The translations under genes and the position numbers were made by a program. A stretch of 64,000 bases of DNA from a virus (Duplodnaviria; Caudoviricetes): positions 37,759-101,758 of the IMG/VR virus record IMGVR_UViG_3300029288_000110. One strand, 5' to 3'. How positions within the stretch are numbered: position 1 is the first letter of the stretch; each line of letters begins with the position of its first letter. Positions 8,183 to 17,975 of this stretch are shown here, one piece after another. The notes beneath the pieces were generated by a model, which ran no database searches, was not told the DNA's origin, and saw only the letters and a list, made by a program, of their open reading frames with translations.

Positions 8183-8692
8183 TTAGCTCCTATTCTTTAG
8201 CTTTTCCATGAAGGCGGCATTAAGAACGATGCCCTTCTTGGCCGCTAATTCTGCCATTTTGCTTGCCACGGGAGAAACATCGGGAGCCGTATGGCCATAG
8301 AGCGCTGGTCCCTTATATTCGTACACCCTTCCCTCGGTGCCATCGACAACGACCTGCTGGCCATCCTTTAATTCGGTGGTGGCATTGAAGCCCTCACTCA
8401 TCGTACCGGTGATGCAGGGAACCTTCCACTCACGGGCCACAATGGCCGCATGAGATAGCTTGCCGCCGACATTGGTAATAAATGCGCCGGCTTTTTTCAT
8501 ATAGATATCATGCTCCGGGCGGAGCTTATCCGCCACGATAATATCGCCAGGCTGCACCTTGGCTATCTTGTCCTCATCCCCATTTACCACACGCACACGA
8601 CCAACAACGACACCATTGGATGCTCCGATGCCATAAATTAAAACTTTACCCTTCATTTCCGTCATGATGCTACTCCAATCTGGGGCTCGCAT
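8183..8692 (-). CDS. stand-alone PEP-utilising enzyme mobile (phospho-His) domain protein
   Basis: GIGAS.G...G, GGKLSHAAIVARE.KVPCI and VVVDGTEGRVY motifs. Confidence 0.88.
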   Translation of the reverse strand: MRAPDWSSIMTEMKGKVLIYGIGASNGVVVGRVRVVNGDEDKIAKVQPGDIIVADKLRPEHDIYMKKAGAFITNVGGKLSHAAIVAREWKVPCITGTMSEGFNATTELKDGQQVVVDGTEGRVYEYKGPALYGHTAPDVSPVASKMAELAAKKGIVLNAAFMEKLKNRS

Positions 8693-8955
8693 TCGGGCAA
8701 CTGTCCCAGCAATTCTATGAGCAAATCACCCACGTTGTCGCCTATAAATTCGGGTTTAACACTTTTTACGAGCCGAATAAAGCACGGATTAAAGCAGGCT
8801 TTTCCGGCTTCGGCAGGCACCACTGTTTCCACAGGCTGCTCCACTGGTTTTTTGGCAGGCTTCTCCTCGGACTTTATCGTTGTCTGTCCCTTTTGCACCG
8901 GCTTTAGTGTCTTTTTAAAAGCCGCAAGCTGCGAATCAATCTCAGAAAGTTCCAT
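8662..8955 (-). CDS. hypothetical protein
   Basis: ORF in operon. Confidence 0.6.
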   Translation of the reverse strand: MELSEIDSQLAAFKKTLKPVQKGQTTIKSEEKPAKKPVEQPVETVVPAEAGKACFNPCFIRLVKSVKPEFIGDNVGDLLIELLGQLPECEPQIGVAS

Positions 8956-8970
8956 CGGATAAATCTTAAT

Positions 8971-9576
8971 TCAGTATGTATGTTTTGTCAAGATAGGCAC
9001 GGAAGCAAAGGGTTGCATAAAAGACTGGCCGGTTTGCTTCGCCAGGTTAAACTTATCCAGATTCTCTGCCGTTTGACCAGATTTTATTTCAAACAATAGC
9101 TTTGTCACTATCTTATGACATTTCACACATAAGGGAAGAAGGTTCCACCATACGTTGTAAGGAGTGACAACCCTTTTTGAGCCTTCGAGCGGAATGATAT
9201 GATGCACCTCAAGGTTGGTGCGGAAATGATACCTATCAAGTTGTACTTCCTTTTCCTCTTCTCCGCAGAACGCACAACGGTAACCATATCGCCGGAGAGC
9301 CCACCTGGAAGCATCGCTCCACCAGAAGAAAAGGTTATAAAATCTTGAACAGGAAATATAATCCCCATGGGACTTTTCCGGGCAATATCTTCGGGCGTAA
9401 TTACTGCTGGGAAAAGGTTTGCCGCACCAAAAGCAACCTCCCTGGCCTTCAAACCCGGTAATGATAGAGAATTTCCCGTATCTGTCTTTTCCTTCGGCTA
9501 TAGGCCATTTGACAAGTTCCACTACGCTCCGAGGGTAATTCCCTTCAATGGACTCTAAATCTACCGGATAGTTCAT
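8971..9576 (-). CDS. HNH endonuclease
   Basis: CAFC...EVHHIIP...NLLPLCVKCH. Confidence 0.85.
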   Translation of the reverse strand: MNYPVDLESIEGNYPRSVVELVKWPIAEGKDRYGKFSIITGFEGQGGCFWCGKPFPSSNYARRYCPEKSHGDYISCSRFYNLFFWWSDASRWALRRYGYRCAFCGEEEKEVQLDRYHFRTNLEVHHIIPLEGSKRVVTPYNVWWNLLPLCVKCHKIVTKLLFEIKSGQTAENLDKFNLAKQTGQSFMQPFASVPILTKHTY

Positions 9577-10073
9577 ATCTCACCTGCCTGATATTTCACT
9601 AAGGGGACATCATAAGCGATATAAAGTGGATGCTTCGGCTGACCGTCAGCGTTAGTCCCTAGGCAATATGGTTCTTTGAGCATCTGGAAAACCGCCGGCG
9701 CCCGTTTTTTCACCGGCTTAAACGAGCCCCATCCGCAGAGTTGGAGGTCCGACATCTGTATCATCAAGTGGAGGAAAGAATCGTTATACTCCCCAACGGC
9801 ATCAGGTTCGACAAGAAGCACCTTTGGGTCGCTAGACACTAAAGCATATAGGTTGGCCATGAGGAGGCCGCCAAAACCCATCCTGTCGGCTCTCACCACA
9901 ACCCGGGTAATCGTTGGGTCTGTTTTCACCTCATTGGCCGTTGAAGGATTAAGACCGATGACCATCAGGACGGGCCGGATGGAACTCCACATACGCCAAA
10001 GGGCATAGCGGTATTTCCTGTCATCGGAGAAAACGGCACCCTGGGGAAGGGTTAAATCAATACCTCTCATCAT
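9573..10073 (-). CDS. DUF1643 family protein
   Basis: YRYALWR, GLNPSTA..DPTI, G.PKHPLY. Confidence 0.9.
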   Translation of the reverse strand: MMRGIDLTLPQGAVFSDDRKYRYALWRMWSSIRPVLMVIGLNPSTANEVKTDPTITRVVVRADRMGFGGLLMANLYALVSSDPKVLLVEPDAVGEYNDSFLHLMIQMSDLQLCGWGSFKPVKKRAPAVFQMLKEPYCLGTNADGQPKHPLYIAYDVPLVKYQAGEI

Positions 10074-10273
10074 CCCATCACATTTTTCTCTGTTATTTCG
10101 TCATTATTAATGTGTTCCTCAATATGGCGGAGCAGTGGGTAGGAAGAAAAAGGACCTGCTAACTGCTCGGTGTGCCCACAATGAAGACAAGTGGCTTTTT
10201 CATCCTCCACCTTAACCCTGTATTTCATGGCCAATTTGAAAAGATTCCGGTATCCTTTAATGTTAGATTTCAT
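10070..10273 (-). CDS. small Zn-finger protein
   Basis: CLHC...HIEEH. Confidence 0.6.
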   Translation of the reverse strand: MKSNIKGYRNLFKLAMKYRVKVEDEKATCLHCGHTEQLAGPFSSYPLLRHIEEHINNDEITEKNVMG

Positions 10274-11166
10274 ACTGAGTTCCTACCCTCCTCAATATTC
10301 CATACAGATTGAGAGCATCTTTTGGCAGAAAGCTCTGCATATTTCTTACTTAACTCAATCCCGATACACTTCCGACCTAACTTTTTAGCTACTAAAGCCG
10401 TGGTGCCTGAACCAAGAAAGGGGTCAAGTATAATAGCATTGCTGCTACTAGCGAATATTTTTATTAACCTTGAGGGTATTTCTCCTGGAAATACCGCAGG
10501 GTGGTATTTATCTCGGCCCGGCTCCACAAACCAGACATCTTTTGTTTCATCTGCAAAAGGCACGGCTTTCTTTCCTCTTCTCCCAGTCCCGCCGGAATGA
10601 AACCATTGGTATTTTGAACCTAGAAGTATTATCTCGTGTGCAGGACGCATATAAGGGTCGGAGTCACATCCCATAGCGCAAGTTGTAGTTAATCCTATAG
10701 CTCCCTTCACCCATACGATTGGCTCCCGAACATGAGCATCTAATTCCATCATCATTGAAAATAGGCGGAATCCTAAAGGTTCAAGCCTTGCTTTTCCTTC
10801 CGTCTTCTCTTCTTTACGATGACTTTTGTAAGATGCATCATATCCGAACCAGGTATTAGCATAAAGATGGTCCCGTTGCCACCGGACAACGAGAGGAACA
10901 TTTATTCCAATCGTACCCCCTTTAACTAAAACCCGATAACATTGTTTTAAAACAATGTTCATCTTTTGATAATATTCCGCCCAAGATAATTGGTCACGAA
11001 AGCCACTATATTTCATCCGGGTGTTATACGGAGGAGATGTCGGTATTAAATCTATACAATCGGGTGGGATGGCGGGCAATATTTCCGTAGCATCACCATG
11101 TATGATATAAACGAATTCATCCGAATATATTGCGGAAGGAAGGTCAAGACTATTCCAAATTGACAT
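10270..11166 (-). CDS. N4-cytosine/N6-adenine DNA methyltransferase (beta class)
   Basis: TSPPY, HPAVFP, LDPFLGSGTT. Confidence 0.93.
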   Translation of the reverse strand: MSIWNSLDLPSAIYSDEFVYIIHGDATEILPAIPPDCIDLIPTSPPYNTRMKYSGFRDQLSWAEYYQKMNIVLKQCYRVLVKGGTIGINVPLVVRWQRDHLYANTWFGYDASYKSHRKEEKTEGKARLEPLGFRLFSMMMELDAHVREPIVWVKGAIGLTTTCAMGCDSDPYMRPAHEIILLGSKYQWFHSGGTGRRGKKAVPFADETKDVWFVEPGRDKYHPAVFPGEIPSRLIKIFASSSNAIILDPFLGSGTTALVAKKLGRKCIGIELSKKYAELSAKRCSQSVWNIEEGRNSV

Positions 11167-12144
11167 TTATTTCTTCACCTCCGGCTCTCCGCACCGCAGG
11201 CACTCTCCGTCAATGAAGAGGTGACCATAGACGCTGCATGTCATCACCACTTGGCCTTTAAATATCATCTGGCAGGGTTTGAGTTTCGTTATAACCGGCT
11301 CCGTGGAGGCAAAGTCCACTCCCTTCAACACAGCCGATTTGACATCCCGGAGGAAGACGCCGCCCATCACGCTGGGTTGATTGAGCTTTTCTTCCCATTC
11401 TATCCAGCGGTCATAATGGTGGGGAAAGACTCGCAAAACCTTCTGGTAGATGTCCGGTCCATAAAAGGGGCACCAGCTACATCCACTCACACCGAAATCC
11501 CGATAGAGGTTCTCCAGCGGCGAAAGCCCAGACATAGCAAGATAATTTGTAACGTCGCCATCTGTCCAGTTAATAATCGGGAAAACTTCAAACGAGCCCG
11601 AATGTTCCTTGTCGGGCCGGATGGGTTTTCCAGTGTAGGCTTTATAAATCGCCATCCGCCGGGCACTCTCCGCACGCCTTATACCTTCCAGCTTGTAAAA
11701 CACCCCTTTGCCGAATGTCTTCGCCAGGAGTTTCTTCTGTGGCCGGAGTTTGAGGTCCCGGCAGCACCAGAGACGCTTTCCGCCGCCGTTGAATGAGCCC
11801 AGATTGGGGAATGATTGAAACCTCTCAATGCGCTTGAAGATATTACCCTTGTGCATGGAGGGATTGGACACGAGGAGACGGACGTTAAGCTGGGCACATG
11901 TCTCTCTTACGGTTTTTACTACCCCGGGAAATTCCGTGCCGGTCGCCATATAGGCGCAAACAAAATTGTCCGTCACCTCCCTCACCAGGCCAAGAAGGGC
12001 GAAGGAGTCACGCCCACCGCTGAACTGGATAATTAGCGGCATTTCGGAGCGGCGGAGGACCGCTCGCACGACTCTCCGGCTCTCTTTTAACCGGACTTTA
12101 AGAAAATAACTATCAATGCCTGGAAGCGTCGTCTGATTGACCAT
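11167..12144 (-). CDS. PAPS-reductase-family (PP-loop) protein
   Basis: FSGGRDS, WCCRDLK, GIRRAES, PIINWT, GCSWCPF. Confidence 0.88.
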   Translation of the reverse strand: MVNQTTLPGIDSYFLKVRLKESRRVVRAVLRRSEMPLIIQFSGGRDSFALLGLVREVTDNFVCAYMATGTEFPGVVKTVRETCAQLNVRLLVSNPSMHKGNIFKRIERFQSFPNLGSFNGGGKRLWCCRDLKLRPQKKLLAKTFGKGVFYKLEGIRRAESARRMAIYKAYTGKPIRPDKEHSGSFEVFPIINWTDGDVTNYLAMSGLSPLENLYRDFGVSGCSWCPFYGPDIYQKVLRVFPHHYDRWIEWEEKLNQPSVMGGVFLRDVKSAVLKGVDFASTEPVITKLKPCQMIFKGQVVMTCSVYGHLFIDGECLRCGEPEVKK

Positions 12145-12379
12145 GTTCCTCCATCCTCCTTTGCTTGTTGCGTTCTCTCGATACGGAGCTGTAGCCGCAG
12201 ATGGGATTGGTACAAAACTCGTAAGCGCTGCATCCGTGGAAGATAATCTGCGCCTCTTCCCCGGCTTGGTTCACCGTATCTAAAATACGTATAGGGCCAA
12301 CAATCGCTCCTACTGTTTTCTCCACCCCATTGTGGAGATGATGTTTGCACTCAAATGCGATAAAACCAAGCTGAAGCAT
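12113..12379 (-). CDS. Cys-rich hypothetical protein
   Basis: GGAGG RBS; four Cys. Confidence 0.6.
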   Translation of the reverse strand: MLQLGFIAFECKHHLHNGVEKTVGAIVGPIRILDTVNQAGEEAQIIFHGCSAYEFCTNPICGYSSVSRERNKQRRMEEHGQSDDASRH

Positions 12380-12393
12380 GTTCCCCTCCTCTT

Positions 12394-14220
12394 TTAAGCG
12401 GCCAATTTCGATATCGTAAAAATCTCCCTTACCAGTGCTTCGGCAAGGCAGCACGGCACGGAGTTACCAATCTGCTTTGTTACCTCTGCCTTATTGCCTA
12501 CGAATTCATAAGTCATTTCCTCGTCGTCAAAACTGTGCGCCCGGGCAAGTTCACGGTTATCCAGCATACGGAATCTTATATCGAGGATATACCAAACGCC
12601 ATCGATATTTACCAAGCGCTCAGGAGCAATATCTTCCCCGCCGGCTTCCCGGAGCATCGGCTCAGCGATACCGATATTACGTTTAGTCGTAATCGTTCCG
12701 ATTGGTCCATCTACCCCTTGTATGCGGTTATCCACATCCCCATCCGTATGATTAACCTGTATCATCACCGGTTCCGCTAGGCCAGTATTTTGTCTTGGAA
12801 CAATAGTCGGCAACGGCTCAGAGGGCGGGTACGCATACTTTCCGTTACCTCCCGTCTGGTCGGTTTGCACAATGACGGGTTCCATGAGGCCAAATCTAGC
12901 CTTTGTCGTCAGTGTGGAAAGCGGCTTGTCGATAGGTTCGGTATCAGCTTTCGTCCCATAGTATTTCAGGAGCTGCGGGCTCATCAGGGCAACGTGCGCT
13001 TTTGTCGGCAGCGCCGGAACGGGCTTGTCCACCGGGCTCGTATTGCTGGCGCCATGGAAAACAACGAGCTGCGGTGCTAAAAGGGAGATAGCGCCGCCGG
13101 TCGATATCGTCATCAGTGGTTGATTAAGGTTCCGGGCGGCGGAACAACTCTGCTGACCGAAGATAAAAGGCTCCACCAGGTAACCTGCACCCCGGCAGTC
13201 GGCAGTCGGTATGGGTTTGTCTACCCCATGCGCCCGGGTCCCGCCGTTTTCGCCATGGCGGCTAAGGATAAAAGGGTTCGCCTGTGGCATTATCAGCCAG
13301 GGGTGTCCGCTCGTGGTGAGTGTCTGGATGGGCTTATCCACAGGGCGGAAGGCCGGGCTGTGGCCTTGCTTCCCCATGACAAAAGATTTCGGTGTGCCGC
13401 TGCCGCCCGCTTCAGGTTCCAGTCCGAGGAGGTTGATGTATAACGGCGCCAGCTCGCCGCCGTATTTCTTCAACCCCCGGGCGATGCGCCTCCGGGTGTT
13501 AATCGCCAGCGGCTTTTTCTTATACTTCGGGTCGTCCAAGAGGGAGCGCCCTTTTATATTCCAGTCAATGATTTCCTTGGCTGCCCGCCACTTCAGGCGG
13601 CTCCCTTCCATACTGTCGTCTTTAAAATGCGTTGGGGCCGGCCATCTAACCGGTATGCCATCCTTCCTCGCAATGAGGAAGAAGCGGCGGCGGGTCGTGG
13701 CGTCGCCGTAATCGGCGGCGTTGAGGAATCTCCATTGGAGCTCGTAACCCAATCCCCAGATAGACTTTATCCAGGATTCAAAATAAACACCCTTCTTTTC
13801 CGGGATAGGATGTCCATCATCGTCCAGCGGACCCCAGGATATAAATTCCGGGACATTTTCCACCAGGAGGCACCTTACATCGAGGTCGGTAAGCCATCCG
13901 TTGATTGCCCATGGATTCATACGGGATTGGTCGCTCACTGGCTTGCCTCCTCTCGCCCGGCTGAAGTGCGTGCATTCGGGCGATGCCATGAGAAGGTCCA
14001 GGTAACCTTCCGGTACGAGTTCCTTCGGTTTGGCTGCTTGCACGTCCGCTATATAGTGCCGTGCGGTCGGGTGGTTCTTCTGATGCGTCTTGATTGCCAC
14101 AGGCCAGTGGTTAACACAGACCAATATCATCGTGGCGCCCAGTGACCTTACGGCTCTTTCCGCCCCAGTCGAGCTGCCGCCGGCGCCGCAAAACAAATCT
14201 GCTACTAAAAGTTCTTCCAC
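12394..14220 (-). CDS. C5-cytosine DNA methyltransferase with a long repetitive variable region
   Basis: DLFCGAGG, SPEC, ENV, R.R.F and QIGNSV motifs; repeated 'DKP..T.T' units. Confidence 0.95.
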   Translation of the reverse strand: MEELLVADLFCGAGGSSTGAERAVRSLGATMILVCVNHWPVAIKTHQKNHPTARHYIADVQAAKPKELVPEGYLDLLMASPECTHFSRARGGKPVSDQSRMNPWAINGWLTDLDVRCLLVENVPEFISWGPLDDDGHPIPEKKGVYFESWIKSIWGLGYELQWRFLNAADYGDATTRRRFFLIARKDGIPVRWPAPTHFKDDSMEGSRLKWRAAKEIIDWNIKGRSLLDDPKYKKKPLAINTRRRIARGLKKYGGELAPLYINLLGLEPEAGGSGTPKSFVMGKQGHSPAFRPVDKPIQTLTTSGHPWLIMPQANPFILSRHGENGGTRAHGVDKPIPTADCRGAGYLVEPFIFGQQSCSAARNLNQPLMTISTGGAISLLAPQLVVFHGASNTSPVDKPVPALPTKAHVALMSPQLLKYYGTKADTEPIDKPLSTLTTKARFGLMEPVIVQTDQTGGNGKYAYPPSEPLPTIVPRQNTGLAEPVMIQVNHTDGDVDNRIQGVDGPIGTITTKRNIGIAEPMLREAGGEDIAPERLVNIDGVWYILDIRFRMLDNRELARAHSFDDEEMTYEFVGNKAEVTKQIGNSVPCCLAEALVREIFTISKLAA

Positions 14221-14270
14221 GATATTCTCCTCAATTTACATTTTAATCTTTTCGCACTTACGAAATTGTT

Positions 14271-15167
14271 TCATTTCCGCTCCATCTTGGCCTGCCGCAT
14301 CCGGGCTATCTCCGGGCGATAATCTGTTGTCTTCTCTATCACCACAACCTCACCCTCAAGGAGCCGGCTGCTTATGCGGTGCTCTAATACATCGGGGTCG
14401 AGGTTGGTAGCAAAGAGAGTAGCAAGGTTATGGAAATAACGGTGATTGATAATGACATCAAAGCGCTCCAGCGCCCATACGGTTTCTTTCTCCACGCCGA
14501 GGTCGTCGATGACAAGCAGAGAAGCATTCTTTAAGAGGTTCATCTTCAAGTCAAACGCATCTTTTTGCGTCGGGTCGGTGATATGAAAACCGGACTTCAA
14601 ATCATCCAGAAGGTCGGCGGCTGTCTCGTAGTAAACAACGGGCCTCCAGTACTTCTTTAGCCAAGCCCAGGAAGCGGCCACCAGCAGGTGGGATTTTCCC
14701 ACGCCCTTTGTTTCACAAGCCAACGTGAGGAAGTGGTGTGGCCGGTCCTCTACAAACCGCATTACCGACGCCAGCGCATCAGCCGTACTCTTATTCCTCT
14801 TGATGAAGTTATCAAAGCGGTATTTTTGCTCGGTAAAAGGCGGTAATTTGGAAAGGCGGATGAGGGCGTTCCTATCCTCTTGAACCCATAGTTTACGTCT
14901 TTCCTCCTCCTCCCGCTTTTGTTTGAGGTCAAAGGCCGCCGCAACCTTCGTCACACATGCGGGGCAATAAGGGACCGGGATATAGGCGTGTTCCACTTTA
15001 TTTTCTTCATTGAGAAACGCCGTATGGGTTATCCTGCCGGTGAATGTCTCGCCGCAATCCTTGCAGATACAATCACCATCCGTCGAGTCCACAATTTTAT
15101 ACTTCTTTTTCTGCCCCTGACTTTCAAGGGCCCCGATAGTCTTACCGACATTTTCCAATTCAGCCAT
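14271..15167 (-). CDS. DnaC/IstB-like AAA+ helicase loader
   Basis: GVGKSHL Walker A, LLVIDDLG Walker B, RISSRL; follows the initiator gene. Confidence 0.9.
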   Translation of the reverse strand: MAELENVGKTIGALESQGQKKKYKIVDSTDGDCICKDCGETFTGRITHTAFLNEENKVEHAYIPVPYCPACVTKVAAAFDLKQKREEEERRKLWVQEDRNALIRLSKLPPFTEQKYRFDNFIKRNKSTADALASVMRFVEDRPHHFLTLACETKGVGKSHLLVAASWAWLKKYWRPVVYYETAADLLDDLKSGFHITDPTQKDAFDLKMNLLKNASLLVIDDLGVEKETVWALERFDVIINHRYFHNLATLFATNLDPDVLEHRISSRLLEGEVVVIEKTTDYRPEIARMRQAKMERK

Positions 15168-15186
15168 TATTCTATCCCCCAGGTTT

Positions 15187-15570
15187 TTATCTTGGGCCTT
15201 GCCGCCTGGGCATCTGCTGGAATTGCACAGGCATTTCCTGCTCGCTGATTTCAAATTTAGAGCAGTAAATAGCGCCGCATTCCGGCCCGGCGCAGACCTC
15301 CAGGTATATGCCGACAATCGGGACCTTGACCGTGTTGGAAAGCACCACGGGCGGGCGGCTCGGGTCAAGCAGCGGCGTCTGCATGACGATACCTTCCGGG
15401 AATGACTGGGCGGCGATTTTCCCTTTAGAGCGCAGTTCGTCCATCGCTTTCTTAACCAGCCCCTCTTTATTGCCGCAAACGGGGCATTTGTCATGAACCA
15501 CTGGCAGGTTGGTCTTGTTTGGTGTTATTTCCTGGTTCTCCGGGGTCGCTTGCATTTCCATTTTCTTCAT
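15187..15570 (-). CDS. Zn-binding hypothetical protein
   Basis: CPVC and C...C pairs. Confidence 0.65.
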   Translation of the reverse strand: MKKMEMQATPENQEITPNKTNLPVVHDKCPVCGNKEGLVKKAMDELRSKGKIAAQSFPEGIVMQTPLLDPSRPPVVLSNTVKVPIVGIYLEVCAGPECGAIYCSKFEISEQEMPVQFQQMPRRQGPR

Positions 15571-16429
15571 CTCCTTTACCTTTATTCCATTTTTTTACGA
15601 AAGTGCCCTCATCGAGCGGTAATGCTTTTTGTACGGACTTTTTCTTTGGAAACTTCTTTTCATTTTCAGCCCAGTTGCGGAAACGGTTTTTCCACAAGCC
15701 TTTATTCTTGGCGGGTTTCTCCGCATAATAGTCGGAGCATTTCTTTAAAACAAGGATATCAACAAATGGATATTCCGCCAGATATTCATAGGCCCAATTT
15801 ATGTCGGAATTGTCCTCTTTCCAATTAACCAAGCCCCATAAAATATCAATAAAAGTTGCACATTTATTTAATTTTTCAGGGCTTATCTCTTTATATATTT
15901 CTTTAATAGTTTTTTTTATAATATTGTACTCATGTGTAGTTTTGGTTACGTCGGGGGTAGTAGTTTTGGTTACGGGTAGTAGTTTTGGGGTGTGTAGTTT
16001 ACTACTACCCTCGTTCTTTACTTCTACCCCTGTAGTTTCGGTATGCTCTAGTAGTTTAAGGGTTTTCTTGTCAATAATTTTACCGTTCCATTGGGCGATA
16101 TTGGTGTTGATATGGTAGATGTAGCCCTTACCCTGCCCGATGTCCCTGCGGATGAGCACCTTGTTCTCTGAGAGGGCTTTTAATGCGGAAAAAACCGCCT
16201 TGCGGGTAATATGCAGAGAATCTGCCAAGTCCTGCTGGGGAAGCGGCGCCTCTTTCGGCCTGGTGTCTCCCACGAGCCATCCGTAAGTTATCCGACAGAG
16301 GTAAAGGACAATTCCTTTCTCCGAGCCGGATAAAGAGCTTATCGCTATGGCCGTCAAGAGCAGGTGTGCAATTGGCGTGGTGCCGTCCTCTGGGTCAGCC
16401 TTCAGTTTGAACTTGTCACCCTTGGGCAT
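15491..16429 (-). CDS. phage replication initiator (lambda O-like, N-terminal winged helix)
   Basis: YLCRITYGW, HTH, YHINTNIAQW; internal iterons; upstream of the DnaC-like gene. Confidence 0.85.
   Translation of the reverse strand: MPKGDKFKLKADPEDGTTPIAHLLLTAIAISSLSGSEKGIVLYLCRITYGWLVGDTRPKEAPLPQQDLADSLHITRKAVFSALKALSENKVLIRRDIGQGKGYIYHINTNIAQWNGKIIDKKTLKLLEHTETTGVEVKNEGSSKLHTPKLLPVTKTTTPDVTKTTHEYNIIKKTIKEIYKEISPEKLNKCATFIDILWGLVNWKEDNSDINWAYEYLAEYPFVDILVLKKCSDYYAEKPAKNKGLWKNRFRNWAENEKKFPKKKSVQKALPLDEGTFVKKWNKGKGDEENGNASDPGEPGNNTKQDQPASGS
15840..16000. repeat. putative replication origin: iterons plus AT-rich tract inside the initiator gene
   Basis: GTAGTTTTGGTTACG at 15936 and 15960, GTAGTTTTGG at 15979, GTAGTTT at 15994. 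Confidence 0.75.
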
Positions 16430-16464
16430 ATTACTCCTTCAGTTAAAGTGATTTATGCCCGGTG

Positions 16465-17697
16465 TTAGAACGGCAATTCTTCTTCTTTTATAAGCTCCTG
16501 CGAAGACTCTTGCGGAGGCTCCTGCGGAGGCTCCTGCGGAGGCTCCTGCCTCGTATCTCTTATTGATTGGAATGCCGCCCAGGGAGTGCAGACTGCGGCA
16601 TCGACAAAATTCTTTTTATTCTTGTAGCCGAGTTCATTATAGACTGCGGCGGCTTCGATGCCCCAGAAGAGTTTGGCATATTGTTCCAGCGCATCGGTAT
16701 CCGGCACTTGTTTCTCCGTGATATCCGTCGGATATATCTTGGGTTTTTCCTGCGGCGGATTGGTTTGTTGCCCCTGCCCGGATGTGGTCACGGTCGGCTT
16801 TGCTGAAGCCTTAGTGGGATGAGAGGTTAACTTGCGCAAAGTATCGGTGAGCTTCTTACCGATGAGAATCAGAGCTTCATCCAGGGTGTGGCCGTTGCCT
16901 GTCCATTCCTTCATGGATTTCACTCCGAGTGCCCGATGGGCGGAGTCTTCGTTGACGCCCATGCCTTTGACAATGGACCAGAAGCGTTTGTAATCTTCTC
17001 CTTCGGGTAGCCCCACCCCCATACCTTTGGAAGGCTTTACAGAGAAGAGCTTGCGAAGCGCCGAGCCTACTCCGGGGAGAGTTTGGGCGGCATCGGACTC
17101 CGCACGCTTGGCGGCCATCTTGAGGATGGTATTACCCAAATCCTGCACATCGGGGTTTTCAATACGGTACTGAATGACATTCTTGTTGTCGCCCACCTGG
17201 CGGGTGCGGAGGTTCGGGATTTCTTCAGCCGGCACGCCCCATTCTGCCGGGTTAGTCACCCAGCGGAAGCCGTATTTGGTTTCCAGCGTAGAACATCCGC
17301 CGACGCCGGTGCCGACGAGCTGACCGGTTTTCCGGTTTATCAGTTCCACATGGATAAGGTAGGATACAATCTCATCGTTCTCTTCCGAATGGATGATTGT
17401 ATGGCGGGGATAGGTATTGAAAGCATTGAGGATTTTTGACGCCCCCGACTCTCTGAGCGCCATAGTGGATGTTCCCGGATGAATCCCGTAGTCAACGTCT
17501 TTTTCCAGGACAGATGTGACTAATTCTTCCGCCATGGCGATATTTGTCGCCGTAATGGCAATCGCCTGCCGGGATAGTTGCAACATCTCCGGCCTATCCT
17601 CGGTCACATAACGTACCGCCACTTCCTTTTTTTCGACGGCTAGACCTTTTTCCTGAGTGTTTCCCTGAGTTTCGTTTTCATATTCCATTTGATTCAT
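16465..17697 (-). CDS. phage protein, possible recombination/single-strand annealing function
   Basis: DYG..PG, G.GGCST.E.KY and NTILKMA.KRA motifs; acidic EELPF tail; QEPP tandem repeat. Confidence 0.6.
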   Translation of the reverse strand: MNQMEYENETQGNTQEKGLAVEKKEVAVRYVTEDRPEMLQLSRQAIAITATNIAMAEELVTSVLEKDVDYGIHPGTSTMALRESGASKILNAFNTYPRHTIIHSEENDEIVSYLIHVELINRKTGQLVGTGVGGCSTLETKYGFRWVTNPAEWGVPAEEIPNLRTRQVGDNKNVIQYRIENPDVQDLGNTILKMAAKRAESDAAQTLPGVGSALRKLFSVKPSKGMGVGLPEGEDYKRFWSIVKGMGVNEDSAHRALGVKSMKEWTGNGHTLDEALILIGKKLTDTLRKLTSHPTKASAKPTVTTSGQGQQTNPPQEKPKIYPTDITEKQVPDTDALEQYAKLFWGIEAAAVYNELGYKNKKNFVDAAVCTPWAAFQSIRDTRQEPPQEPPQEPPQESSQELIKEEELPF

Positions 17698-17723
17698 ATC
17701 CTCCTGATTATAAAAATAGCAGC

Positions 17724-17951
17724 CTACGCTGCTTCTTCTGCTGGAATTGGTTCAAAGGTGTAGAGAACGCCGTCGAATCCGTTATACTGCGCTACGGCCC
17801 GGTAGGTGTGGACATATTCCTTCACTGATAGTCCGGCTTGCTCAGCGTTCTTCTGGATTACTTCCTGGGGAATGTAGACTGTGGTGTATTTACCCTCACG
17901 TCCCTGCGGCACCATGCGGTATCGCTTCTTGTACGTGACCTTCTCAGCCAT
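17724..17951 (-). CDS. AbrB/SpoVT-like DNA-binding protein
   Basis: beta-hairpin then VYIPQEV; first gene of the replication operon. Confidence 0.55.
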   Translation of the reverse strand: MAEKVTYKKRYRMVPQGREGKYTTVYIPQEVIQKNAEQAGLSVKEYVHTYRAVAQYNGFDGVLYTFEPIPAEEAA

Positions 17952-17975
17952 ATCATCAGCCCCCTAAAATTCACT

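Noticed and set aside
14271-15167. Packaging ATPase or IS21 IstB
   Set aside because: Its DnaC-type motifs, position after the initiator and the lack of IstA point to a helicase loader
16510-16549. 12-bp tandem repeat
   Set aside because: It simply encodes a QEPP linker; the TPTE repeats near 51.3 kb are likewise a linker
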